Source: Phycisphaerales bacterium (GTDB lineage Bacteria; Planctomycetota; Phycisphaerae; Phycisphaerales; UBA1924). From it: a stretch of 64,000 nt of DNA. Position 1 is the first letter of the stretch. Each line of letters starts with the position of its first letter. Position numbers and translations under genes: made by a program. The DNA is taken from positions 89,621 to 153,620 of the forward strand of contig CAJPFG010000023.1 in assembly GCA_905339235.1 (NCBI GenBank). The letters are read 5' to 3'. The notes under the pieces are model-generated. The model saw nothing but the letters and a program-made list of their open reading frames with translations, made no database searches and was not told the DNA's origin. Shown in pieces: positions 43,839 to 53,396 of the stretch.

Positions 43839-46730
43839 ATGACTCACCCCTGGCCCGTTGACGCTGTCCGCAAGACTTTCATCGACTACTTCGTCGCGAA
43901 GAAGTCGCACACCTTCGTTCCGTCTTCGCCCTGCGTCCCGCTGGACGACCCGACCCTGCTCTTCACCAACGCGGGAATGAACCAGTTCAAGCCGATTTTC
44001 CTGGGTCAGGCCGCGGCCAACTCCGACCTGGGCCGCCTCAAGCGGGCCGCGAACACCCAGAAGTGCATCCGCGCCGGCGGCAAGCACAACGACCTCGAAG
44101 ATGTCGGCAAGGATACCTACCACCACACGTTCTTCGAGATGCTCGGAAACTGGTCCTTCGGCGACTACTTCAAGAAGGAAGCCGTCGAGTGGTCGTGGGA
44201 CCTCCTGACGCAGGTCTATGGCCTGCCCGCCGACCGCCTGTACGCCACGTACTTCGAGGGCAACCCCAAGGCGGGCCTGGAGCCCGACATCGAGACCCGC
44301 GACCTCTGGCTGCGGTTTCTGCCAAAGGAGCGCGTCCTTCCCGGCAACATGAAGGACAACTTCTGGGAGATGGGCGAGACCGGCCCCTGCGGCCCCTGCA
44401 CCGAAATCCACTTCGACCGCATCGGCCCCCAGGAACGCGGCAAGTTCGTCCCCGAACTCGTCAACGCCGGCGACCCGGACCTCATCGAGATCTGGAACAA
44501 CGTCTTTATCCAGTACAACCGCGAAGACGGTGGAGGCCTCAAGCCCCTCCCCGCCCGGCACGTCGATACCGGCATGGGCCTGGAGCGCCTGACCTCGATC
44601 CTCCAGAACTGCCGCAGCAACTACGACACCGATGTCTTCGCGCCGATCTTCGCCAAGATCGAACAACTCACCGGCGCGCACCCGTACACCGGCAAACTCG
44701 GCGCTCACGACAAGGGCAACGTCGATACCGCCTACCGCGTCATCGCCGATCACATCCGCACGCTCACCTTCGCGCTGACCGACGGGGCCGTGCCCAGCAA
44801 CGTCGGCCGCGGCTACGTGCTCCGCCGCATCCTCCGGCGCGCGGTGCGCTTCGGCCGCCAGGTCCTCGGCGCCCGCACCGGCTTCTTCTCGCAACTTGTG
44901 CCCACGGTCGTCGAGCGCTTCGGGCACGCCTTCCCGGAACTCAAGAAGGACCCGGCGAAGGTCGCTGCGATCATTCTGGAAGAAGAAGAATCCTTCGGCA
45001 AGACCCTGGACCGCGGCATCAAACTCTTCGACGAAGTGGCCGCGCGAGGCCCGATCTCCGGCAACGACGCCTTCATGCTCTACGACACCTACGGCTTCCC
45101 CATCGACCTTACCGTCCAGATGGCCGAGGAACGCGGCCTCAAGGTGGACGTCGCCGGTTTCGAAAAGGCCATGGAAGCGGCCAAGGAGCGCTCCCGCGCC
45201 GTCGATACCAAGGACGAGGCCAGGTCCATCACCCTCCCCGGCGACGCCGTCGCACGCCTCAAGCACCTGCACGTCGAGCCCACCGACGACTCCTCGAAGT
45301 TCGAACTCAAGGACATCCGCGCCCACGTCAAGGCGGTATGGAACGGCGAGAACTTCGACGACGCCGCCAAGACCGCCATCGGCAAGTCCCGAACCGTCGG
45401 CATTATCACCGACCGCACGTCCTTCTACGCGACCATGGGTGGCCAGGAGGCCGACACCGGCAAAATCCAGGTTCTCGCCGAGTCGCGTTCCACATCCCAC
45501 GACCGCACCGTCGGCGGCGAGTTCGCCGTCGAGTCCGTGCAGGTCTTCGGCGGGTACGTGCTCCACATCGGGCACGTGACCCACGGTGAGATCCGCGTGG
45601 GCGACACCGTCTCGATGCAGGTGGACAAACTCCGGCGCGCCAAGACCGCCTCGAACCACACCGCGACTCACCTCGCGAACTTCGGCCTGCGCAAGATCCT
45701 GGGAGAAGGCGTGGACCAGAAGGGCTCGCTCGTCGCGCCCGACCGTTTCCGCTTCGACTTCAGCCACAACCAGCCCGTCTCGCCCGACGAACTGCACAAG
45801 GTCGAGGAGATCGTGCAGAAGGCCGTGAAGCAGGACCTCGCCGTCTACGCCGAACCCGCCTCGCTGGGCTCCGCCAAGCAGATCGCCGGCCTTCGCGCCG
45901 TCTTCGGCGAGGTTTACCCCGACCCAGTCCGCGTGGTCTCCATCGGCCAGCCCGTCGCCGACCTGCTCGGCAGCCCCAGCAACCCCGCCTGGTGGGAACT
46001 CTCCGTCGAGTTCTGCGGCGGAACGCACGTCTCCACCACCGCCCTCATCGGCGATTTCGCCATCACCGGCGAAGAGGCTGTCGCCAAGGGCATCCGCCGA
46101 ATCGTCGCGCTCACCGGCGAGCCAGCCACCGCCGCGATCCGCGCCGCCGAGTCCGTCGAGCGCCGAATCCAGGAATCCGGCGCCCAACCCGACGCGGAAC
46201 TCCCCAAGGCCGTCCAGTCGCTCCTTGCCGACCTCGAAACCGCCGTGATGCCGTCATGGCGCAAGGCCCGGGCCCGCAACGCCATCACGCAACTCCAGGA
46301 GCGAGTCAAAGCCGCGAGCAAGGCGATGGGCGCCGTGGCCCGCGATTCGGCGGTCAAGGAAGCCCGCGCCCTGGCCCAGAGCGCCCTGACCGCCAACGAG
46401 CAGGTCATCGTCGGCAGCGTCCACGCGGGGGATGACCGCGCGGCGCTCCAGGCGGCCGTCAAGACCATTCGCGACACCTGCCCCCGCGCCGCGGTCATGC
46501 TCTTCACCGCCGACGATGCGGGCAAGGTCGCCTTCATGGCCAGCGTGCCCGACTGGCTCGTGCAGAAGGGCCTCAAAGCCGGCGAGTGGATCCGCGAAGC
46601 CGCGACCATGCTCGGCGGAAAGGGCGGCGGCAAGCACGACGCCGCGCAGGGCGGCGGCACGGACGCCGCCAAGGTCCCGGAGGCCATCAAGGCCGCGCGG
46701 ATCGCCGCCCTCAGGTTCGCGATGGGCTGA
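43839..46730 (+). CDS. alaS: Alanine--tRNA ligase
   Basis: FIDYFVAKKSHTFVPSSP...TNAGMNQFKPIFLG...HHTFFEMLGNWSFGDYFK...HVDTGMGLERL, and C-terminal ...TAIGKSRTVGIITDRTSFYATMGGQ...HTATHL (editing domain). Confidence 0.95.
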   Translation: MTHPWPVDAVRKTFIDYFVAKKSHTFVPSSPCVPLDDPTLLFTNAGMNQFKPIFLGQAAANSDLGRLKRAANTQKCIRAGGKHNDLEDVGKDTYHHTFFEMLGNWSFGDYFKKEAVEWSWDLLTQVYGLPADRLYATYFEGNPKAGLEPDIETRDLWLRFLPKERVLPGNMKDNFWEMGETGPCGPCTEIHFDRIGPQERGKFVPELVNAGDPDLIEIWNNVFIQYNREDGGGLKPLPARHVDTGMGLERLTSILQNCRSNYDTDVFAPIFAKIEQLTGAHPYTGKLGAHDKGNVDTAYRVIADHIRTLTFALTDGAVPSNVGRGYVLRRILRRAVRFGRQVLGARTGFFSQLVPTVVERFGHAFPELKKDPAKVAAIILEEEESFGKTLDRGIKLFDEVAARGPISGNDAFMLYDTYGFPIDLTVQMAEERGLKVDVAGFEKAMEAAKERSRAVDTKDEARSITLPGDAVARLKHLHVEPTDDSSKFELKDIRAHVKAVWNGENFDDAAKTAIGKSRTVGIITDRTSFYATMGGQEADTGKIQVLAESRSTSHDRTVGGEFAVESVQVFGGYVLHIGHVTHGEIRVGDTVSMQVDKLRRAKTASNHTATHLANFGLRKILGEGVDQKGSLVAPDRFRFDFSHNQPVSPDELHKVEEIVQKAVKQDLAVYAEPASLGSAKQIAGLRAVFGEVYPDPVRVVSIGQPVADLLGSPSNPAWWELSVEFCGGTHVSTTALIGDFAITGEEAVAKGIRRIVALTGEPATAAIRAAESVERRIQESGAQPDAELPKAVQSLLADLETAVMPSWRKARARNAITQLQERVKAASKAMGAVARDSAVKEARALAQSALTANEQVIVGSVHAGDDRAALQAAVKTIRDTCPRAAVMLFTADDAGKVAFMASVPDWLVQKGLKAGEWIREAATMLGGKGGGKHDAAQGGGTDAAKVPEAIKAARIAALRFAMG

Positions 46731-46765
46731 GCACCTCGCAAAACCGGTAGGATGTCCACGCGGCC

Positions 46766-48880
46766 ATGGCGTCCACACCAGTCACCCTCACCACGCCCGT
46801 AGACGAACTCCCCGGCATCACCGAGCGCCAGGCCGGATTCCTCCGCGCCCTGGGCCTCACCAATCTCGGCAAACTCATCGCCCACCTTCCCATGCGCTTC
46901 GAGCGTGTGGAGGCCGAGGCGCCCGTTCGTGAACTCGTTCCCGGCCGCATCGTCGCCGCGCGGGGGGAAGTCACCGCCACGCGCCCCGTCCGCGGCCGCA
47001 AGCCCCGCTTCGAGGCCGTGCTGATCGACGAATCCGGCCGCCTCGACCTGGTCTGGTTCAATCAGACCTACCTCGCCGACCGCATCCTGCCGGGCATGCG
47101 CCTCAAGGTCCACGGCAAGGCCACCATGCGGTACGGAGCCGTTCAACTCGTGAACCCCAAGTGGGCAATCGAGAAACCCGGCGAGCACCCCCTCAGCGAA
47201 GGCGAGTCGTTCGTGCGGCCCGTGTACCCGGCTTCCGAGGACTTGCCGTCCGAAGCAATCTGGCGCATCCAGAAGAAGGTCCTCCCCAAAGCCTTGCCGC
47301 TGATCGAAGACCACCTCCCCGAGCCGTACCGGGCGCCGCGCAACCTGCCCGACCTGCGCGAGTCGTATCGCATGCAGCACGAGCCCAGGGACGAGCCCGA
47401 GGCCTCGCTCTCGCGCCGGCGGCTCGCGTACGACGAACTCCTCATGCTCCAACTCGGCGTGCACCTCAAGCGCGCCCACCTCCGTGAGCACCTCCGCGCC
47501 CCCGCCCTCAAGTGGAACGCGAAGATCGACGAGCACATCCGCGCACGCTTTCAATTCACGCTCACCGGCGCGCAGGATGAAGTCGTCAAGGAGATCGCCG
47601 CAGATCTCTCCCGCGCCACCCCCGCCAACCGTCTCATCCAGGGCGATGTCGGCAGCGGCAAGACCGTCGTCGCCCTCTACGCGATGCTCATGGCCGTCGC
47701 CGGCGGCCACCAGGCCAGCCTCATGGCCCCGACCGAACTCCTCGCCGACCAGCACTACGCGAACATCACCGCGTCCCTCACCGGCTCCAAGGTTCGCGTG
47801 GCGCTCCTGACCGGCTCCACGCCCCCGGCGGTGCGCCAGTCCATGCTCTCGAGCCTCGCCTCCGGCGACCTCGACATCCTCGTCGGCACCCACGCGCTGC
47901 TCACCGAGTCCGTTGAGTTCAAGAATCTCGGCGTCTGCGTGATCGACGAGCAGCACCGCTTCGGCGTCCACCAGCGAGCCCGGCTCCGCGCCCAGGGCAC
48001 CGACGAAACCACGACGCCGCACGTCCTGGTCATGACCGCCACGCCCATCCCCCGCACCATGGCCATCACGCTCTTCGGCGACCTCGACATCTCTTCGATC
48101 CGCGCCCTCCCCCCCGGCCGCAAGCCCATCCTCACCCGCGTCTTCACCCGCGACCACCGCTCCGAGGTCTACGCCGACGTCGCCGCCCGCCTCGCCCGCG
48201 GCGAGCAGGCCTACATCGTCGTCCCCGCCATCGAGGCCGGCGAGTCCAGCGACGTCATGCCCGGCGGCGAACCCCTCCGCGATGTCCGAACGGTCTTTCA
48301 GGAACTGGAATCCGGCCCACTCCGGGGTTTCCACCTTGCGACCATGCACGGCCGGCTCTCCCGCGACTCGCGCGAGGCCATCATGGAGCGCTTCCGCCTC
48401 GGCCAAGTCCAGGCCCTCGTCGCCACCACCGTCATCGAGGTCGGCGTCGATGTCCCCAATGCCACCGCGATGGTCATCGAGCAGGCCGACCGCTTCGGCC
48501 TCGCGCAGATGCACCAGTTGCGCGGGCGCGTCGGCCGCGGCCCGGCCGCCTCCGCCTGCTTCCTCATCGCCGATCCCACTACCGACGAGGCCCAGGCCCG
48601 CCTCCGCGTCGTCGCCGCGACCAGCGACGGATTCATCCTCGCCGAGAAAGACCTCGAACTCCGCGGCCCGGGCGAACTCTTCGGCGTCAGGCAATCCGGC
48701 CTGCCCCCGTTCAAGGTCGCCGACCTCATGCGCGACCGCGAACTCCTCGACATGGCCCGCCGCGACGCCGCGGAGTGGGTGAAGCGCTCCCCGGACCTCA
48801 AGGCCCCCGAGGAAACGCTTCTTCGCCGCCGGCTGATGAAGCAGTATGGAGCGGCGCTTGGGCTCGCGGATGTGGGATAG
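46766..48880 (+). CDS. recG: ATP-dependent DNA helicase RecG
   Basis: Wedge domain, then helicase motifs (LIQGDVGSGKTVVALYAML, DEQHRFGV, ...QLRGRVGRG). Confidence 0.95.
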   Translation: MASTPVTLTTPVDELPGITERQAGFLRALGLTNLGKLIAHLPMRFERVEAEAPVRELVPGRIVAARGEVTATRPVRGRKPRFEAVLIDESGRLDLVWFNQTYLADRILPGMRLKVHGKATMRYGAVQLVNPKWAIEKPGEHPLSEGESFVRPVYPASEDLPSEAIWRIQKKVLPKALPLIEDHLPEPYRAPRNLPDLRESYRMQHEPRDEPEASLSRRRLAYDELLMLQLGVHLKRAHLREHLRAPALKWNAKIDEHIRARFQFTLTGAQDEVVKEIAADLSRATPANRLIQGDVGSGKTVVALYAMLMAVAGGHQASLMAPTELLADQHYANITASLTGSKVRVALLTGSTPPAVRQSMLSSLASGDLDILVGTHALLTESVEFKNLGVCVIDEQHRFGVHQRARLRAQGTDETTTPHVLVMTATPIPRTMAITLFGDLDISSIRALPPGRKPILTRVFTRDHRSEVYADVAARLARGEQAYIVVPAIEAGESSDVMPGGEPLRDVRTVFQELESGPLRGFHLATMHGRLSRDSREAIMERFRLGQVQALVATTVIEVGVDVPNATAMVIEQADRFGLAQMHQLRGRVGRGPAASACFLIADPTTDEAQARLRVVAATSDGFILAEKDLELRGPGELFGVRQSGLPPFKVADLMRDRELLDMARRDAAEWVKRSPDLKAPEETLLRRRLMKQYGAALGLADVG

Positions 48881-48918
48881 CAAGAGTCAGTTTTGTCGGC
48901 AACACCCGGAGGACGAAC

Positions 48919-49296
48919 ATGGCCATCGAGCACGATTTTCGCCCGCTCGATTCATTCCTTTCGAGGGTGCCTGGAATCGGCTTCATCAGTCATGACCAGG
49001 ATTCAGACGGAACGTGGTGGATCAAGTTCAGCATTGATATCAAACACGCACTCGCGTGGAACGTGGTGCAGGAACTCGGGCATGTGCTCAACTACCTGTC
49101 CCTCGATGAGCGATTGCCGACCGTGTTCATGCCGGTCTCACCACCGCCGTATCTGAATGGTGGGCCCCAGGATTTTCTCTCGTGGGTCATCGAATGTGAC
49201 AGCCCAAGTTTCACACCCGGGTTGACCACAGAGTGGCTCGAAGCTCGCTTGCCTCGGCCGGTCGACGACCTCACGCAATGGGCCCACAATGACTGA
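48919..49296 (+). CDS. Hypothetical small protein (125 aa, Trp-rich)
   Basis: MAIEHDFRPLDSFLSRVPGIGFISHDQDSDGTWWIKFSIDIKHALAWNVVQELGHVL...; no family recognised; convergent with the next gene. Confidence 0.35.
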   Translation: MAIEHDFRPLDSFLSRVPGIGFISHDQDSDGTWWIKFSIDIKHALAWNVVQELGHVLNYLSLDERLPTVFMPVSPPPYLNGGPQDFLSWVIECDSPSFTPGLTTEWLEARLPRPVDDLTQWAHND

Positions 49297-49297
49297 T

Positions 49298-49534
49298 CTA
49301 CGTTTCCGTGCGACGGTCCCGCCTCGGAGAATCGTACCCCGCAGAGAGGTTGGGAATCCCCCCGTCAACCGCATCGTCCCCGAGCCGATAGATGGGATCA
49401 TCGCTACGCGGTTCGATCGCGTTACCGGGAAACGGCACAGGATCCGGAGTGATCAGCACCCGGGTGCCTTCGGGCAAGTCTGAACCGTCGAGGACGACCT
49501 TGCCGTCCACGACTATCCCTCGGTACGTAGTCAT
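49298..49534 (-). CDS. DUF104/AF2212-like antitoxin-type small protein (orphan)
   Basis: MTTYRGIVVDGKVVLDGSDLPEGTRVLITPDP matches the AF2212/DUF104 swapped-hairpin antitoxin pattern. No PIN/VapC-like partner is adjacent. Confidence 0.4.
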   Translation of the reverse strand: MTTYRGIVVDGKVVLDGSDLPEGTRVLITPDPVPFPGNAIEPRSDDPIYRLGDDAVDGGIPNLSAGYDSPRRDRRTET

Positions 49535-49637
49535 CGCGGGGATGCTAGTCCGCGCTCCTTCGTAGCCGCACCGTTCTGCACTCTGCGCCCAGGACCCAGG
49601 ACTCGGCACTCGGCACCCCCCCGCACTACCATCCCCC

Positions 49638-50606
49638 ATGACCGGCACTCCCGCCATCGTTCTCTGCCCCGGACAGGGCGCCCAAGCCGTCGGCATGGGC
49701 AAAGCCTGGTACGACGCGGCCCCCGAAGCCCGCGCCGTCTTCGATCAGGCCGACCGCCTCCTCGGCACGCGCCTCGGTGCCCCGATCACCCAACTCTGCT
49801 TCACCGGCCCCACCGACCGCCTCAACCAGACCGACGTCTCCCAGCCCGCCATCTACGTCACCTCCATCGCCTGCTGGAAGGCCATCCTCGCCAAGCGAAG
49901 CATGGGGAACGGCGAGCAGCCCCTCGCCGCGGCCGCCGGCCTCTCCCTCGGTGAATACACCGCCCTCACCGTCGCCGGCTCCCTCACCTTCGAGGACGGC
50001 CTCGAACTCGTCACCCTCCGCGGCCGCGCCATGCAGGACGCCGCCGACAGCCCCGAGGCCCGCACCGGTGGTGGGGGGGGCATGCTCGCCCTCATCGGCG
50101 CCACCGAGGAACAGGCCAACGCCGTCTGCGACCAGGCCCGCGCGGCAAACGTCCTCGTCTGCGCCAACTTCAACGCCCCCGGCCAGATCGTCCTCAGCGG
50201 CCACAAGTCCGCCTGCGAGCGCGCCGCCAAGGTCGCCGAGGGCATGGGCCTCCGGTCCGCCGCCCTGCCCGTTGCCGGGGCCTTCCACTCCCCGCTCATG
50301 GCCCAGGCCGCGGCCCGGCTGGGTGAAGCCCTCGCCAAGGCCCCCATCAAGGAACCCCGCTGCCCGGTGATTTCCAATGTCACCGCAGAACCACACGCCG
50401 CGAGCAGCGTCTCACCCATTTCGGATACCATCCGCCGCCGGCTGGTGGAGCAACTGACCAGCCCCGTCCGCTGGGCCCAGTCCTGCCAGTGGCTGGCGGG
50501 CAAGGCGACCGGAGAGTTCCTCGAACTGGCCCCCGGCAAGACGCTCGCGGGCCTGTACCGCCGCATCAGCAAAGACGTAAAGGTCGTCACCAATGACACG
50601 CCCTGA
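49638..50606 (+). CDS. fabD: Malonyl-CoA:ACP transacylase
   Basis: VLCPGQGAQAVGMGK...LSQPAIYVTSIA...AAAGLSLGEYTALTVAG...FNAPGQIVLSGH...AGAFHSPLM are FabD motifs. Confidence 0.9.
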   Translation: MTGTPAIVLCPGQGAQAVGMGKAWYDAAPEARAVFDQADRLLGTRLGAPITQLCFTGPTDRLNQTDVSQPAIYVTSIACWKAILAKRSMGNGEQPLAAAAGLSLGEYTALTVAGSLTFEDGLELVTLRGRAMQDAADSPEARTGGGGGMLALIGATEEQANAVCDQARAANVLVCANFNAPGQIVLSGHKSACERAAKVAEGMGLRSAALPVAGAFHSPLMAQAAARLGEALAKAPIKEPRCPVISNVTAEPHAASSVSPISDTIRRRLVEQLTSPVRWAQSCQWLAGKATGEFLELAPGKTLAGLYRRISKDVKVVTNDTP

Positions 50607-50616
50607 AAGGAACGCG

Positions 50617-51732
50617 ATGTTCGGACTAGTCCTGAAGTCGGCCGCGAGAGTTGTGCTGGGTCTTACCGTCGCCGGCGCGGCCGTCGCCGCTTTGTTCGTG
50701 CCTTCGGTGGCCATCACCGGCTGCTCCAAGCCCCCGCCCCCGCCCCCGCCGCCCCCGCCCGCTCCGCCGCCGCCCCCGCCCGCGCCCGAGCCGGTGCAGA
50801 TCGACCCGATCATCCAGTCGATGAAGCCCGACGCCCGCGTGCAGTTCCCGGCAGAGGTCGCGCCGGTGGATGAGGCCTTCGCCCGCGCCCTGATCAACCT
50901 CGCCGACTCGCTCGCCAAGGGCGATTCCTCCAAACTCGCCGCGATGCTCTCCGCCGACGCCAAGGGCGATCTCGATGCGCTCACGGCGTCGGGTGAATGG
51001 GAGGATTCCACGAAAAAGATCGAGGCTGTACGCGTGGTGTACACCTCCGAAACCCCGCGCGACACCCTTCCTTCCAGTAACGGCGAGGTCTACCTCGCCG
51101 TGCAGGAGCCCGACGGGGCCTACGTCATCGGCTTCCGGGCCTCCGCGGCCGACGGAACCTGGAGGTTCGAGGGCATGCCCTCGACAGCCGCTACCCGCCG
51201 CCGCGCCGGTGAATGGGACGGCGCGGGTGTGGGCGAACTCGAGAGCGGCAGCGGCACCGTCGCCAGCGGCTCCTTCTTCCCGGGCGACACCATCCCGGCG
51301 AATGTCACCAGCATGCTCGGCGGCGCCGACGACACGCTGATGCTGGGCTTCGCCGTCCTCGACCTCGCTCGCCGAATTGAGACGGCGTCCGGCTCGCAGG
51401 CCTCCCCTCAGCAGAAGGCCATGCTCACCGCCATCGCGGGCAGCCTTCCCGGCGGCGCCCTCGACGAACTCCGCAAGCAAGCCCAGGCCAAAATCGCCGC
51501 GGGCTACAAGCCCTCCGACGACAAGATCCAGATGCTCGTCGCCGCGGGCGATGCCTTCTCGATGCAACTGGGCGGCAAGGTGACGCACGACCAGGTCATC
51601 CAGTACGTCTCGAACATCTTCGACCTGCCCGAGACGCACGTCCGCCGCGCTCTCGGCGGCGGCGGTACCCCCGGCCCCGCGCCGACCGCTCCTCCCGGCC
51701 GCGGCCCGGCCCCGGCTCCCGGCGGCGGTTGA
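50617..51732 (+). CDS. Lipoprotein with poly-Pro linker, uncharacterised
   Basis: AAAGGAA ribosome-binding site before the ATG at 50617 (the ORF also opens at 50593, overlapping fabD). Lipobox ITGCSK followed by PPPPPPPPPPAPPPPPPAPEP. Globular C-terminal domain. Confidence 0.5.
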   Translation: MFGLVLKSAARVVLGLTVAGAAVAALFVPSVAITGCSKPPPPPPPPPPAPPPPPPAPEPVQIDPIIQSMKPDARVQFPAEVAPVDEAFARALINLADSLAKGDSSKLAAMLSADAKGDLDALTASGEWEDSTKKIEAVRVVYTSETPRDTLPSSNGEVYLAVQEPDGAYVIGFRASAADGTWRFEGMPSTAATRRRAGEWDGAGVGELESGSGTVASGSFFPGDTIPANVTSMLGGADDTLMLGFAVLDLARRIETASGSQASPQQKAMLTAIAGSLPGGALDELRKQAQAKIAAGYKPSDDKIQMLVAAGDAFSMQLGGKVTHDQVIQYVSNIFDLPETHVRRALGGGGTPGPAPTAPPGRGPAPAPGGG

Positions 51733-51753
51733 TCCTCCCTCACGGACCCGCAC

Positions 51754-52518
51754 ATGACTGATCCCTCTCCCGCCATCAAACGCGTCGCCGTCGTCACCGG
51801 CGCCTCCCGCGGCATCGGCAGGGCCATCGCCCTGCGCCTCGCCGACCCCACGCGCTCCAACCGCCACGTCGTCCTCGTCTCCCGCACCGAGGGGCCGCTC
51901 AACGACGTCAAAGCGACCATCGAGTCCAACGGCGGCGCGGCCAGCGTCGTCACCGTCGATGTCGGCGACTCTAAGGCCCTCCAGGCCGCCATCGACGCCA
52001 TCGCCGAGAAGCACGGCCGCCTCGACATCCTCGTCAACAACGCCGGCATCACCAAGGACGGCCTGGCTCTTCGCATGAGCGACGAAGACTGGGACCTGGT
52101 CCTCGACACCAACCTCAAGTCGGCCTTTGTTGCCACCCGCGCCGCCGCGCGGCACATGATGCGCGGCAAGTTCGGCCGCATCGTCAACATCGCCAGCACC
52201 AGCGGGGTGGTCGGCAACGCCGGCCAGGCCAACTACGCCGCGGCCAAGGCGGGCATGATCGGCCTCTCCAAGACCATCGCCAAGGAACTGGGCGGCAAGG
52301 GCATCACCTGCAACGCGGTGGCCCCCGGTTTTATTACCACCGACATGACAGTGAACCTCCCCCAGCAGATCAAGGACGACCTCCAGAAGTTCATCGCCGT
52401 CCGCCGCCTGGGCACTCCCGAAGACATCGCCGCGGCCGTCGAATACGTCACCAGCGACGACGCGGGCTTCCTGTCCGGCCAGTGCATCGTGGTGGACGGA
52501 GGGATGACGATGGCGTAG
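51754..52518 (+). CDS. fabG: 3-oxoacyl-[ACP] reductase
   Basis: VVTGASRGIGRAIALRLA...NNAGITKDG...NIASTSGVVGNAGQANYAAAKAGMIGLSKTIAKEL...VAPGFITTDM are classic FabG SDR motifs. Confidence 0.9.
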   Translation: MTDPSPAIKRVAVVTGASRGIGRAIALRLADPTRSNRHVVLVSRTEGPLNDVKATIESNGGAASVVTVDVGDSKALQAAIDAIAEKHGRLDILVNNAGITKDGLALRMSDEDWDLVLDTNLKSAFVATRAAARHMMRGKFGRIVNIASTSGVVGNAGQANYAAAKAGMIGLSKTIAKELGGKGITCNAVAPGFITTDMTVNLPQQIKDDLQKFIAVRRLGTPEDIAAAVEYVTSDDAGFLSGQCIVVDGGMTMA

Positions 52519-52546
52519 TCGGCACTCAGAACACGGGACAAGACCC

Positions 52547-53005
52547 ATGAAACTCGCTGAAGCACTTCTCTTGCGCGGCGACATACAGAAACGGCTTCAA
52601 CTGCTCGCAGAGCGAGTGCGCTCGAATGCGGTGGTGCAGCAGGGTGACAAGCCTGCGGAGAACCCCGAGAAACTCCTTCGGGAGTGCGCGGGGCTGCAGA
52701 AGGAGTTGGCCACCTTGGTGGTCCGGATTAATCGCACGAACATGAAGGCCAAACTCGCCGACGGCAGAAACCTGATGGAGGCCGTCGCCGAACGCGATCG
52801 GCTGAAACAGCAGCACGCGCTGCTCCTAAGCGCTGCCGGCGCTCTCAAGCGAGATCCCGACCGCTATGGCACCCGCGAGATCAAGTGGGTGCCACAACTC
52901 GACGGCGCGAAACTGCAAAAACAAGCCGACGATGTGTCAAAGACAATTCGTGAACTCAACGTGCGCATCCAGGAGGCCAACTGGAAGCATGCGACTGAGG
53001 AGTGA
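52547..53005 (+). CDS. DIP1984-family (septicolysin-like) protein
   Basis: MKLAEALLLRGDIQKRLQLLAERVRSNAVVQQGD... is an all-helical ~150-aa protein. The N-terminal MKL(A/S)EALL(L)R(A/G)D(I/L)QK pattern is characteristic of that family, from memory. Confidence 0.45.
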   Translation: MKLAEALLLRGDIQKRLQLLAERVRSNAVVQQGDKPAENPEKLLRECAGLQKELATLVVRINRTNMKAKLADGRNLMEAVAERDRLKQQHALLLSAAGALKRDPDRYGTREIKWVPQLDGAKLQKQADDVSKTIRELNVRIQEANWKHATEE

Positions 53006-53223
53006 AGGAGGGACCCCGGGCGAGTGCGGCGCCCCGGCAGCCGGGCCGAGGGGCGGTAAACATATCGGGCCGGATCTGCCGCGCCGGGGCGGGCGCACGT
53101 GGTTCAATCCACAACGCACCCTTTCCGCCCAGTACGCAGCACTGTTCACACGGCACCTCGCAGCATGCACCACCTCGCACTGGCGGGGTCCCTCCTTCCT
53201 TCTCAGCCGATTGCGACGGGGCG

Positions 53224-53386
53224 GGCAGGTGGCCCGGCTTCACGGTCGAGGCGATAGTGCCACGGCTTGACGCTTTGGGCAAGCCGTGTCTTCGCGACCG
53301 AACACCACCGGCGTCCGGCACGGCTTGGTGCCGAGCCACCAAGCCGTGGCACCGCCTTTGTCAGTTCGAACCCGGGCCACCTGCCC
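53224..53386. other. Nested inverted-repeat element (candidate structured RNA / bidirectional terminator) in convergent intergenic region
   Basis: GCAGGTGGCCCGG (53225-53237) pairs perfectly with CCGGGCCACCTGC (53372-53384). Enclosed are two related hairpins, CACGGCTTG-n10-CAAGCCGTG (53263-53290) and CACGGCTTGG-n10-CCAAGCCGTG (53310-53349), plus a CCACCTGCC direct repeat. Confidence 0.3.
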
Positions 53387-53396
53387 CACCTGCCCA

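Noticed and set aside
43803-46187. 794-aa minus-strand ORF and 508-aa plus-strand out-of-frame ORF across alaS
   Set aside because: Both overlap the unambiguous alaS reading frame. Their compositions are Gly/Asp/Ala/Arg-rich junk with no motifs.
45914-48883. 989-aa minus-strand ORF across recG
   Set aside because: Antisense to recG, which has clear helicase motifs; junk composition.
53338-53386. tRNA-like GTTCGAACCCGGG segment
   Set aside because: No matching 5-bp T-stem, D-arm or acceptor stem could be built on either strand. It is part of the nested inverted-repeat element instead.
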